Assembly (NCBI RefSeq): GCF_964355755.1
Contig: NC_092674.1
Span: 30,566,001 to 30,630,000, forward strand
DNA: 64,000 nt
Source of the DNA: Antedon mediterranea
Lineage: Eukaryota > Animalia > Echinodermata
Direction of reading: 5' to 3'
In this document: positions 50,401 to 61,773 of the stretch, piece by piece
How the letters are laid out: each line of letters begins with the position of its first letter
Numbering within the stretch: the stretch's first letter is position 1
Program-made: the position numbers and the translations under genes
The notes under the pieces: generated by a model
What the model saw: only the letters and a program-made list of their open reading frames with translations
Told to the model about the DNA's origin: nothing
The model's database searches: none

Positions 50401-53400
50401 TAAATGAAGTGGTCCTCTTCCAATTAAAAATCACTTTACCTAAAACACCTCCAATTAGCGACCATTTTATTATTTAGTATTAATAAAGCAAGAAGAATAT
50501 ATAGTTATTAATTATGTGACAAAAAACAAGTAATTGTACTGGACCTCTTTCAATAAAGGACCACTTTACTTAAAACACCTCCAATTAGCGACCATTTTAT
50601 TAATTGGTATGAGTAAAGACAATAATAATTAATAGTTTTAATTATGTGACAAAATTAAGTAACTGTCTGACTGGTCCGCTTCCAATTAAAGATCACTTTA
50701 CTTTAAGACACCTCTAATTAGTGACCATTTTTATTAATTGGTATGAGTAAATACAAGAAGAATACATAGTTTTAATTATGTGACAAAATTAAGTAAATGT
50801 ACTGGTCCGCTTCCAATTAAAGGTCACTTTACTTTAAGACACCTCTAATTAGCGACCATTTTATTAATTGGTAGGAGTAAATACAAGAAGAATACATAGT
50901 TTTAATTATGATAGTGACAAAATTAAGTAACTGTACTAGTCCTCTTCCAGTTATAGATCACTTTACTTAATGAAACCTCCAATTAGCGACCATTATATTA
51001 TTTAGTATTAATAAAGCAAGAAGAATATGTAGTTATTAATTATGTGACAAAAAACAAGTAATTGTACTGGTCCTCTTTCAATAAAGGACCACTTTACTTA
51101 AAACACCTCCAATTAGCGACCATTTTATTAATTGGTATGAGTAAAGACAATAATAATTAATAGTTTTAATTATGTGACAAAATTAAGTAACTGTACTGAC
51201 TGGTCCGCTTCCAATTAAAGATCACTTTACTTTAAGACACCTCTAATTAGTGACCATTTTTATTAATTGGTATGAGTAAAGGCAAGAATAATTAATAGTT
51301 TAATTATGTGACAAAATTAAGTAAATGTACTGGTCCGCTTCCAATTAAAGGTCACTTTACTTTAAGACACCTCTAATTAGCGACCATTTTATTAATTGGT
51401 AGGAGTAAATACAAGAAGAATACATAGTTTTAATTATGATAGTGACAAAATTAAGTAACTGTACTAGTCCTCTTCCAGTTATAGATCACTTTACTTAAAG
51501 AAACCTCCAATTAGCGACCATTATATTATTTAGTATGAATAAAGACAAAAAGAATACATAGTTTTAATTTTGTGACAAAAACAAGTAATATTGTACTGGT
51601 CCTCTTCCATTAAAAACCACTTTACTTATAGACACCTCCAATTAGCGACCATTTTATCAATTGGTATGAGTAAAGACAATAATAATTAATAGTTTTAATT
51701 ATGTGACAAAATTAAGTAAATGTACTGGTCCGCTTCCAATTAAAGGTCACTTTACTTTAAGACACCTCTGATTAGTGACCATTTTTATTAATTGGTATGA
51801 GTAAAGACAATAATAATTAATAGTTTTAATTATGTGACAAAATTAAGTAACTGTACTGGTCCGCTTCCAATTAAAGATCACTTTACTTTAAGACACCTCT
51901 AATTAGTGACCATTTTTATTAATTGGTATGAGTAAAGGCAAGAATAATTAATAGTTTAATTATGTGACAAAATTAAGTAAATGTACTGGTCCTCTTCCAA
52001 TTAAAGATCACTTCAGTTTAAGACACTTCCAATTAGCGACCGTTATATTATTTTGTATGAATAAAGACAAGAAGAAGAAATAGTTTATAATCATGTGATA
52101 AAAAACAAGTAATTGTACTGGTCCTCTTCCAATTAAAGATCACTTCAATTTAAACACTTCCATTTAGCGACTGTTTTATTATTTTGTATGAGTACAGACA
52201 AGAGGAATAAATAGTTTATAATCATGTGATAAAAAACAAGTAATTGTACTGGTCCTCTTCCAATTAAAGATCACTTTACTTTAAGACACTTCCAATTAGC
52301 GACCGTTTTATTATGTTGTACGAGCACAGACAAGAGGAATAAATAGTTTATAATCATGTGATAAAAAACAAGTAATTGTACTGGTCCTCTTCCAATTAAA
52401 GATCACTTTACTGTAAGACAGACACGACTAAAAGGTGAAATAATAATAACAGGATTTTTATAGCGCACATACCACAGAGTGCTCAAGGCGCATTAAAAAA
52501 AATAATAATAATAAAAACAAATCATACAACTCTCCCGGTCCCGAGAGCCGCTGTTTTGAGGTTGACCTGACAATTGTGGCAATTACCAATTGGGACATTA
52601 CCCTTGCTGGACATCTGGTAAAAATAAATACTGATTATGCTGCCACTTTAGTACACAAAACGATAAATAAAAAAAAAATAATACAACTTGTAGCATTCCA
52701 TTTAAACTAATACAGTAGGCCCTGTTCAAAACTGCTAGTGTAGAAAAGTCAAATCCACCCATATAATAAAACCTAGAACTAGCTAATGATGTAGAAACAC
52801 CAACAGCTTATTTATTAAATAAAAATCAACATTATACTAATGTACAACTCAACAGGTAATGTAGTAACGAAAATTGCCTCACAGCTAATGTAGTTAATAT
52901 CGCCAGCTAATAAAATATTATATATTTTACAAACCTAAATGTCTAAATCATGTGCAAATGTATTTCTCTACTTGCCGTCAGTCTATCCACCTCTCGTAAG
53001 TGATCGGCTTTCAAAACTTAGCACTCTGATCGTAAGCAACCACCCTTGTTAGCGACCACCTTTAATATTTAAAAGGGACTACCTCTGTTTCCGCTTCTCA
53101 CAATGGACAACCTCCTGAAGGGGTAACCACCTCTCATAACGGACTGCTTTCATAAACTACCACCGCTCGTAGACGACCACTTCTTTTACCGACTACACCT
53201 CCCGTAAGTGACCACCTCAATAGAGGTGGTAATTTGCGAAAGGTGGTCGTTACGGAATTATGAGAAGTGGTCCCTTAGGAGAGGTGGACGTTTTTTTTTT
53301 TGAGATTATTCGAAAAAAACAAAAAACTGAAATACCCTTGAGTGAACGAATAATTATGATGCGCAATTAAGGTGTTTATTTTGCCATATAAAATATAAAA

Positions 53401-55985
53401 AAATAAATATTTTTTGGTAATATGCATCAACAATATTTTTCAAATGTATTTTAGATAAATAAATAAATAATGTAAAATCTCTAGAAACAAAAAAAAATAT
53501 TGTGACTAACCAATTCAATGTTTTATTAAATAAAACCAAAAATCAGGCATCTGTGAAAAAAAATATAATGAAAAAGAACTCACTTTAACAATGACGAACT
53601 TACTTGTTTAAAGCACTTTTGTTATCAGTTAATATTATTAAATTAGTAACAGTATTATGAATATTACAAAATAATATTTTGAGAACTGAAAAATATTTTG
53701 AGGGAACAAATATATTTAGGGAGAACAAAATAAGATTTCAAGAACTGAACAATATAAAAACGAATTACTACTTCGAGACAAGGAATGATCGAGAGAACAA
53801 AATAATTTCGAGGGAAATTATTTCGTTCTCTCGCGAATTAGTAATTCGAATTCCAATGAAATAATATTTCGAAAGAACGAAAATAGGTAGGCCCTATGCC
53901 TATATGATTTAGTGATATTCATTCCCTAGAAATAATAATACAGTACCGGTAGGCTATATATGTTTTCAAGTTGTCGATTTACTTCAAATTGACAACAGGT
54001 TGTATATACTCAATCAAAAACAAACAATTTAATTTGATTAGACTATATGTCTCCAGATATAATAATAGTAATATTTATTTCAATCGACTTGATATTTTGC
54101 GATTCAAGTTGGTATTCTAAGGAATTATAATTACCCTAACGGGAGTTGGTGACCGTCCAGTGCCCTAGTTTTTACGGGGTTAATATGATGTCGATGTCGA
54201 TGGTCCTACTTTCTTATCGATGAAAGCTGCCCGGGTGGTTGCAGCCATTTTCAACAGCTGGTATTACACTATTCAATGCTGAAAATTGTCCAGTGGACAC
54301 TTTCAAACACCGGACACATTTAAATCTTACACCGGCCATGCACTACATGCTTGCCGCACAGTTGTGAAACAAAAAATCCGGAATTCGCGAATACGCTAAA
54401 AAACTCTCGCGCAAAAGAACACGAACATTATATCGAGCAACAAGTAGTAAGGTCTAGGCTAATAATTTATCTACAGTAATTGATTAGGGATTAGGCCTAA
54501 ATAAGGAAGCGCCTGTTTTTGTGGAATTCAGATTTTGGGGCATCTATCTAAGCCTTGGCTAGGCCTAGTGGTCGTAGTGTCTACAAGGCTAGGCCTAAGC
54601 CTGACGCGATCTATTGCTATTCATTTCGTAAGCGTTTTTTTTTTGTTTTCGCAAATAATACAGACGACTCCCCGGTGGTACAAGGTTAGGCCTAGACCTG
54701 ACGCAATTTGTTGTTATTTATTTTCATAATTCTTTATGTTTCGCTAAAATAACGACAAACCCCCGGGGGGGGATACCCCCCCCCCCCCCCCCCCCCCCCC
54801 GGGAGAATTTTCCGACCGGCACTCCAAAAAGCTGGTGACATCCCTGGCCCGTATTCTTAAACCGGACTTTAGTCGTAGTTCGAGCTAAAACTAAAAAAAT
54901 GACGTCATTTTAATTCATAAACCGAACTTCAACTAAATCACCGACTAAATCAGGCCAACCTCGACTAAATCGAGACGGATTTTGATCGATTTTTTTAGTC
55001 CTGGAGGGGGCAGACTAAATGGTCGACTAAATGGTTTTTAAACGATGTTTATAAAAAACGTAACAGTCATTGAGTTGTTATATTGGCCAGATATTGAAGA
55101 ATGAAATATCTATATTTATATTAGTTTAATTAAATATACATTGGTATAAATTATAATAATGAAAATCATCTTTATTTACAACTGTATACAAATTACATTA
55201 TTTTCTTGGCGCAAGTCCGACTTGAGCTACGTCACGCCATAGCGACAATGGGAGATGCGGCAATTCACCACGCGATGGAATGTTTAGGGGGCCTAGCGCT
55301 TTCTTGTCACGCTATGAAGTGGGTGGTTCGTGGCAATCATACTTTGTTGGGGGCCTAGAAAATATAAAAGTTACCGTACCGCCATGGTTCCTAAATATAT
55401 TTTTAAGATTTTATTTGTTGTTAATCAAATATACTTCACTGTTAAATTAATACTGATATTGTTCTAATAATTAACGATTAAAATTATTTTTCATGTATAT
55501 AGTCCTGATGCATAAAAAGTGTTGTAAGAAATGGAAAGTGATATCAATGCGCAAAATTTCGTCTGCTCCTCAAATACTCTCTTGTCATTGGCCAATGTAT
55601 AGCCTTTGTTACCCAGACGTGTGCAACTCGACTAAAAGCTCGACTTCATTAAGTCGAACTGCAAACTTCGACTACTTCGTTTTTTAATCGAATTTTAAGT
55701 AATAGCTCGAACTACGACTTTTCCAAGTCGAACTTCAAACTACGACTAAAGTCCGGTTTAAGAATACGGGCGTAAGTAACGGGTATCCTGCTGTCGAATG
55801 TGATTGAAAATAAATAAATATAAGTAGTTTACTACAGTAGTTATCATATAGTTTATCCGTATACATAGAACTTGAGTTTTTTAAGTTTGCGCTTACCCTT
55901 GGTTAGGATCATTCTCAACATTGTCCAGCCACACCCTCACATAAACTGAATTACCATCTCGTACCTGAGAAAAAATATCCTCCAT
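44470..55985 (-). CDS. ILK: Integrin-linked kinase (ankyrin repeats plus pseudokinase), 451 aa, 11 coding exons
   Basis: Exons 55985-55897 ([27 protein letters not shown]), 49034-48869, 48356-48261, 47278-47182, 46796-46716, 46595-46510, 46099-45862 ([13 protein letters not shown]), 45665-45544, 45317-45218 (PAWMAPE), 45009-44879, 44619-44470 ([22 protein letters not shown]). Sum 1356 nt. Probable non-coding first exon donor at 57259. Confidence 0.97.
47978..48103. mobile_element. MITE family D (ttttccactag.cgaat...attcgcctagtggaaaa)
   Basis: Imperfect TIRs. Related fragments at ~23030-23052 and ~28543-28650. Confidence 0.55.
48182..48250 (-). mobile_element. tRNA-derived SINE head fragment
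   Basis: Minus strand TGGTGTAGTGTT (A box) ... GGTTCAATCC (B box). No cloverleaf can be formed. Confidence 0.5.
49098..49135 (+). ncRNA. Minimal type I hammerhead ribozyme motif within a short Penelope-like repeat (49097-49300)
   Basis: gca-CTGATGA-a-GGGC-aaa-GCCC-GAAA-gc-TC-tgt. Predicted cleavage after C49129. Confidence 0.7.
50290..52420. repeat. ~118-122-bp tandem repeat, ~18 copies
   Basis: Recurring ctggtcctcttccaattaaagatcactttact..acacctccaattagcgaccatt..tatgtgacaaaa..aagtaa. Confidence 0.95.
52979..53290. mobile_element. Degenerate pogo/Tigger-like MITE with gaccacct subterminal repeats
   Basis: ccacctctcgtaag...cttaggagaggtgg inverted ends, with repeated gaccac/gtggtc. Confidence 0.5.
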
Positions 55986-56040
55986 CTCTGTACAATTTAA
56001 AATAACAAAATAAACTTATTAAAATAAATGTATTATTTTG

Positions 56041-56366
56041 TTAAAGATGTATTGTCCCTCAAAAACATGAAAAATGAAAATTAATTAAATCAGACTTTGA
56101 ATATGTTATTTTGTAGTTTTAATAAAGTTAAAAAAATAATGTTTTCACTTATAAAATGACAAAATAAATGGTTAAATTTAACCAAAAATCCATTGGCTGG
56201 TAGCCAATTTGACCATTTTTTGCTTTAATTAAAATTTTTCAGGTAAATACATTTTTTTTTTATCAAATTTTTGGTCAAAGTGGATAACTATTATGTTACA
56301 ACAATATGGAATATTCAACAAAAAATGTTTTAAGAATTATTTTTTCAGGGGGACAATACATCTTTA
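56041..56366. mobile_element. MITE family C copy
   Basis: ttaaagatgtattgtccc...gggacaatacatctttaa. Confidence 0.8.
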
Positions 56367-57259
56367 ATTGTAATATTTGATTCATAATGTAGTTCTGTTA
56401 GAAGTACTGTAATCCTGAATAATTAATTCACAGCTAAGTTTACTTAAAAGAAAAGAGATTTATTAGAAGGCTACTGTAGGTTCAGTTGATTGAAATTGGA
56501 TTTTTTTTTATTTCGACAAATTTTTGAGGGTGGTCCATCCATCCGAAGCTGATCATTAGGGACCCTCACAGAAATACAATATCACACGACATAAACATAA
56601 TTAAATTAAATAGAATTTACAAAGATTAACAATTTATAGAACAATTAATTGAAATCCTAAAATGCGAGTAAAAAATAATACAGTATTTAATGCATTGTAC
56701 AGCGAAATATCCACAAGCCACATTCACACACAGTAAGTTTTTTATTTCTTTACTCCATGGTTTTACAGTATTATTATTTATTTACAAAAAATTATTGGAA
56801 AAGATACAAATACAAAAGATTTACACTTTCACACACATAAAAACAGTGCTTGAGAGAGAAGTGTAACTAAATACAGGAAGGAAGGTTGATTGGTTTACAA
56901 CATACTGTATCCGGAAAACCAATGCCTATTCCTGCTAGATGCTAGTACTAACTACACTTGTAGTCTCCTAACAATACGGAAGAAGACACAAGGGTGGTAC
57001 AGGAGAGGTTCCTGTAATATGATAGGTGTGAACAGTTAAATCGGTCAATGACATTTCAGAGGCGCGTCCTCTGATCTGTTTTTGTTTATCATCAAACTGA
57101 TCATATCATTCATATCAAGTCTAAAGCTGGTGCTATTCAACACAAATCAAAAAGTGAACAATAAACTATTACTACAGAAGATAAATAACACTATTTACGA
57201 AATCGAGTATCAAACTCCTTACATTTATTCATTAAAAAAAGAAACACAAAATTACTCAC

Positions 57260-57709
57260 TTTTCCGCGGTTGATTGCACCTACTCTCCCTGGCTTTAGGG
57301 TCAACATTGGCCTGCCATATAAGGTCAGAGAATGTTACCTGTACACAGAAAAGATTATTTTTTAAAAAGATTGAAACATTATAAACTAATAAAATAATTC
57401 GATTTTTACATTTTATAAACTATTTTAATGTATACTAAATATTATTTTATCATTCTATATTGAATATATAAAATAATTTAAATCAAATTTTCGTGATAGA
57501 AATATAAACTTAAAAAGCCTAAAGTTTGACGTCATGCAAAACAATATGGCAGCGCCCGTAATACTAATAGCTTCGTCGTGTTTTAAAACTTGTTAATTTA
57601 GCGTAATTTAATACTACTAAAAAGCGTTTTAAACTATGAAAGTATCAATTTATTAAGTTCGATTAATTACATATACACTTTAAAACACCCTTTCGTATAA
57701 TTGTCAATG
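57260..57709. promoter_or_regulatory. Bidirectional promoter region ILK(-)/RRP8(+)
   Basis: Divergent donors at 57259 (minus, GTGAGT) and 57710 (plus, GTATGT), a palindromic CRE TGACGTCA at 57527-57534, and a YY1-like AATATGGCAGCG at ~57543. Confidence 0.65.
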
Positions 57710-58178
57710 GTATGTATGCTTTATAATAGATAGAATAAATCCATCCTACTTACTGCTGCTGTGCTGGTGGTAGGCCCTCGCTACCTAGCTAGCTAGGCTA
57801 GAGGGCCTAGTACTGTAGTTGTTATTTATTTAGCTAAGTAGCCGGCCGACTACTAGAGTGACCATGTCACGTGTGTGCGGGCTGAGGGTATCCTATGCTT
57901 ATAAGTAGGCTAAGCCTGTACTAACAGGCAGGGAGGTGGAGTATGATGCAGTTCATGAGTAGATATTTGTAAATACTGCACATTGTCAATAATATTTAAT
58001 AATCAGCTTCTTATGAATGAAAATATCTTTCTTATAGTTGGAAACATCTGGATTATTTTGTTTTATTTTAATGAGTATAGTAATATATTAAAACTATTTT
58101 TTCAAACATTTCAATTTCCTATATAGATTATAAAGATGATATGTTTTCCTTTCAGATAGTATTTGAAGCATTCCAAAA

Positions 58179-60676
58179 ATGGCTGTAGATTTTGAGGTAA
58201 AAAGTTCCGGAGACTGGGGCGATAATGGAGTAAGCGATTTGCATGCTGTCTTGTTTAATAAGGTATGAAACAAGTTATACAATTCATGTTCAGTGTATTA
58301 AAACAACTGGTGAGGTGCACAATAATAATCAACTCAATATCTTTAAATAGTAATTAACATACGCGTCAAGACAATAAATGATAAATCGTGAATATTAAGA
58401 TTAAATTAAAAATAAAATCCGTCGTGTATGACACCCATATTGGAGGTTCTACTTGATTAGTTTTTTGTGTATAAATTTGTTTCTTTGTTTTGGTTCTTGC
58501 AGGAATCTAATATTGATGCTACTCAAAATATTAAACATAGAAAGAAGTCAAAAAAAGCAAAAACATGTAATACAAATGGCTGCAATGAAATTTCCAAATT
58601 AGAAATTCAGAGAAAAGGAAAAAAATCCAAGACGCAAGACACGACAAAGGATTCCAAAACATTAAAAAGGAAATTGGAAAATGATGATCAACCAGAAGTA
58701 TCGAAGAAGAAAAAGAGAACATTAAATAAAAAAGTAGAACAAAACATTGAAAATGAGGAAAATACAATATTACTAAATGAAGCAAAAAATACAGAGAAAA
58801 AAATTCAGAAGAAACAGATAAAACGAAAAAAGAATGAGGATGGAGATGGAAGGAAATTAAATGAAGGAGAAGAAAAACAAAAAATTGATGATGAAATAAA
58901 TAAGGCAACAGATCAATTGAAAAAGAAGAAAAAGAGAAAAAGGAAAGCAGTGAACAAATTCAAAACACAAGAGTTCTTGAATACAAAGAAGTTGTGTGGA
59001 AAATTTGTCGACCTTACAGCGCCCCCGTCAAAAGTACTGAAACAAAATCCAAAGGTAAAAAAGACTAAAGAAGTAGACAATGAAAAGTCAGTCAGTCAAA
59101 AAATGTCTGAAGATGAAAAACATTCTGAAAAGATGAATAAAAAGAAACAAAAGAAAAGAAAGCTTGAAACTGGAAATGAAAAACCTGTAAGTAAGTCACA
59201 ATTAGGTGATTCTAACTCTAAAGCAATGGAGTCAAGTAAGAAGAAACCAGTATTTGATGCTAACACAAAAGAAGTGGATACGATAAAAAAGAAACCAGTA
59301 TTTGATGCTAACACAAAAGAAGTGGATACGATAAAAAAGAAACCAGTATTTGATGCTAACTCCAAAGAAGTGGAGTCGAGCAAAAAGAAACCAGTATTTG
59401 ATGCTAACTCCAAAGAAGTGGAGTCGAGCAAAAAGAAACCAGTATTAGATCTGAGAACAAAAATGGAAAACAAGTTAAAAGGAGCAAGATTCAGATTCAT
59501 AAATGAGAAGCTATACACCTGTACCGGGGATTCGGCTTTGGAGCTATTTACGGAAGATACGGATGCTTTCCAAGTCTACCACGATGGGTTTGTTGAGCAG
59601 GTGAAATCCTGGCCTGTTAATCCTGTTGATAAAATGATTGAAGATCTTAAGAACATGTAAGTTCTAGGCTCAAAATTGTCATTTTATTTTGGCAGATATA
59701 AACAGCAATTGTCAAAATCTAGATCTCTCAATTTGATGTAGTAATATAACTTTTATTTTTTATTTTGTACTTTATTTAAAATCCAATTTCAAATTATATT
59801 TTATATTTTCAGGCCATCATCAAAGGTTGTTGGTGATTTTGGTTGTGGTGATGCCAAGATAGCTGAGAGTGTCAAACAAAGTGTGTACTCATTTGACTTG
59901 GTCTCAACTAAAGCCAACACCATTGCTTGCAATATGGCCAAAGTAAGTTGGATATTATAGATGTTATGAATGATGCTTTCTTCCATTCATTGAGTGGAAA
60001 ACTGTTATTTGTTTATGGTTATCGTGTTCTAAAACACAAGAAAAACTTAATACCATTTTCTATATTTTATTAGGTTCCTCTTTCTGATAATGCACTGGAT
60101 GTGGCTGTATTTTGTTTGTCGTTGATGGGTACAAATTGGATTGACTATCTCAAAGAAGCAAACAGAGTTCTAAAAATCAAGTAAGTCTTATTCTCACACA
60201 GCACTGTATATTCATACATTTTTATACAAAATGAAGTTTGTTACATTGATGTAACTAACTATTTTATGTAACTATAAAATCTAGTCAAATGGGGTTTTTC
60301 CTTATTTTTTTTCAATTTTAGAGGTATTCTAAAAATTGCTGAGGTATCAAGTCGATTTCAAAACTTAAAAGCATTCAACCTAGCCATGAAGAGACTTGGA
60401 TTTTCACAAATAAAAAAGGTAAATGGAAAAAAAAAAGAGAATTTATTTTTTATTTTATTATAAGATTTTGCTAAGTTATTAAACATATATTAAAGTATAC
60501 TGTATAATAATAATGTTGGTGGTCTTTACTAAAAATTATTTATTTACTATTATTTTTGATAGGATATTAGCAACAAGTTCTTCATCTCATTTGATTACAA
60601 AAAGCAAAGTTTGCCAAAAGAGATTTCAGAAGGTATGAACGAGATTCTCAAACCATGTCTGTATAAAAAAAGATAA
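58179..60676 (+). CDS. RRP8: Ribosomal RNA-processing protein 8 (nucleomethylin; SAM-dependent rRNA methyltransferase), ~561 aa, 6 coding exons
   Basis: Exons 58179-58262, 58503-59656 (Lys-rich; [27 protein letters not shown]), 59813-59942 (DFGCGDA), 60074-60180 ([12 protein letters not shown]), 60322-60418 (IAEVSSRF), 60563-60676 (LKPCLYKKR*). Sum 1686 nt. Confidence 0.96.
59213..59449 (+). repeat. Coding 48-bp tandem repeat in RRP8 (KKPVFDAN[T/S]KEV[DTI/ESS]K, ~5 copies)
   Basis: Visible in the DNA and in the ORF translation. Confidence 0.92.
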
Positions 60677-60767
60677 CAAGAGAAGGTATGAAGGGATTCT
60701 CAAACCATGTCTGTATAAGAAAATATAACAACAAGAGAAGGTATGAAGGGATTCTCAAACCATGTCT
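60628..60767 (+). repeat. Triplicated RRP8 terminal coding segment (~52-55 bp unit)
   Basis: gaaggtatgaa(c/g)g(a/g)gattctcaaaccatgtct(gtataa..ataacaa) occurs three times, and the first copy is coding. Confidence 0.9.
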
Positions 60768-61609
60768 AAAAACAACCACTTTACTATGTCTGCACTTGTT
60801 TTCAAGTACTGTATTATAGTTACAAGGACAGTATAAAGTGTACTACTTGGCCTCATTGGATCCGCCTGTTAGACAAATGTATTGATGTAATCAATCAGTT
60901 TTTTTTAATGCATTGTTTTGCTAACATATTTATTTTATGAAATTTGATTATTCTAAACATTAATTCATATGTTCATCTTTTGCACCATTTATTTTATCTA
61001 TTGATTTATGCCATTTTGACGAGTGGGAACCAGGCTTGCAGTTATTTTTTTTTATTTTCCATAAAATAAAATAAAAAATAACTGAAGGAGACACCTTTGG
61101 GAGCCAAAAACGTGTCCCATTAAGAGGGATTGACCGTAGTGTTAAACATGTACTTCCCTTCATACGTTTCAGATGTCCGTCTGAATAGTATTCTTTTTCA
61201 ATTATTTACTAGTGTGGACAGGTTGTTTGATCCAGCAATTAAAGCTACAAATAGGGTATGTTTTAATAAAAACCACTTTCAAACAACTCACTGTGTGTTT
61301 TGTTTTTAATGCACTATTCACCACGTTTGTGTTTAAATGCTATGTGTTGCTTTTTTAATTTGTTGCGTTTATTTGTTTCACAAATAATATAATGAACTTG
61401 TTGGCCTAATGGAAGACTTGGCATCCAATCTTCACGTTCATATGATACGAAGCATATTTTCAATACAGTTTGTTTCTTTTAATCTGAAAAAAATCCTCTA
61501 AATGAATTAATTTTTTTCGAAAAAAACCCGACGTAATGTGACCGTTGCAACGTAAGAAAATAAACTTCTATCAATTTCGCATAAGGCCATTACACAGACG
61601 AGGTAACGA

Positions 61610-61773
61610 TAGAGCTTAGTTCCCACTAGGACGTTTATGCAAGGATGTAAGTACAATGCAAGCGAGCTGATAAATAACAAGCGAAAGTTCGAAAAATCCA
61701 TCGTGTGTCATTGGTCAAATTACTTGCGTTGCTCTTACGTCCTTGCGTTACGTTCTAGTGGGAACTAAGCTTA
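61610..61773. mobile_element. MITE family A copy
   Basis: agcttagttcccactag...ctagtgggaactaagct. Confidence 0.8.

Larger units (their letters stand above)
50004..54336. mobile_element. Inner TIR element with ~70-bp imperfect inverted ends
   Basis: gccggtgtaagatt..tgtgtcc..ttcagcattggatagtg versus cactattcaatgctgaa..ggacaca..aatcttacaccggc. No TSD is evident. Confidence 0.6.
49316..54846. mobile_element. hAT-like non-autonomous composite element, 5.5 kb
   Basis: 14-bp perfect TIR CAGGGATGTCACCA/TGGTGACATCCCTG with a 6-bp direct repeat GCCCGT at 49310-49315 and 54847-54852. No transposase ORF is seen. Confidence 0.8.
49309..55772. mobile_element. PIF/Harbinger-like non-autonomous element (~0.93 kb net), interrupted 7 bp from its left end
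   Basis: TIR cgcccgtattcttaaaccggactttagtcgtagtt (49309 plus 54847 onward) versus aactacgactaaagtccggtttaagaatacgggcg (to 55772). Flanked by TTA and TAA. Confidence 0.75.

Noticed and set aside
58531-59518. Antisense Phe/Leu-rich ORFs that look like membrane proteins
   Set aside because: These are the reverse complement of the Lys/Glu-rich RRP8 exon.
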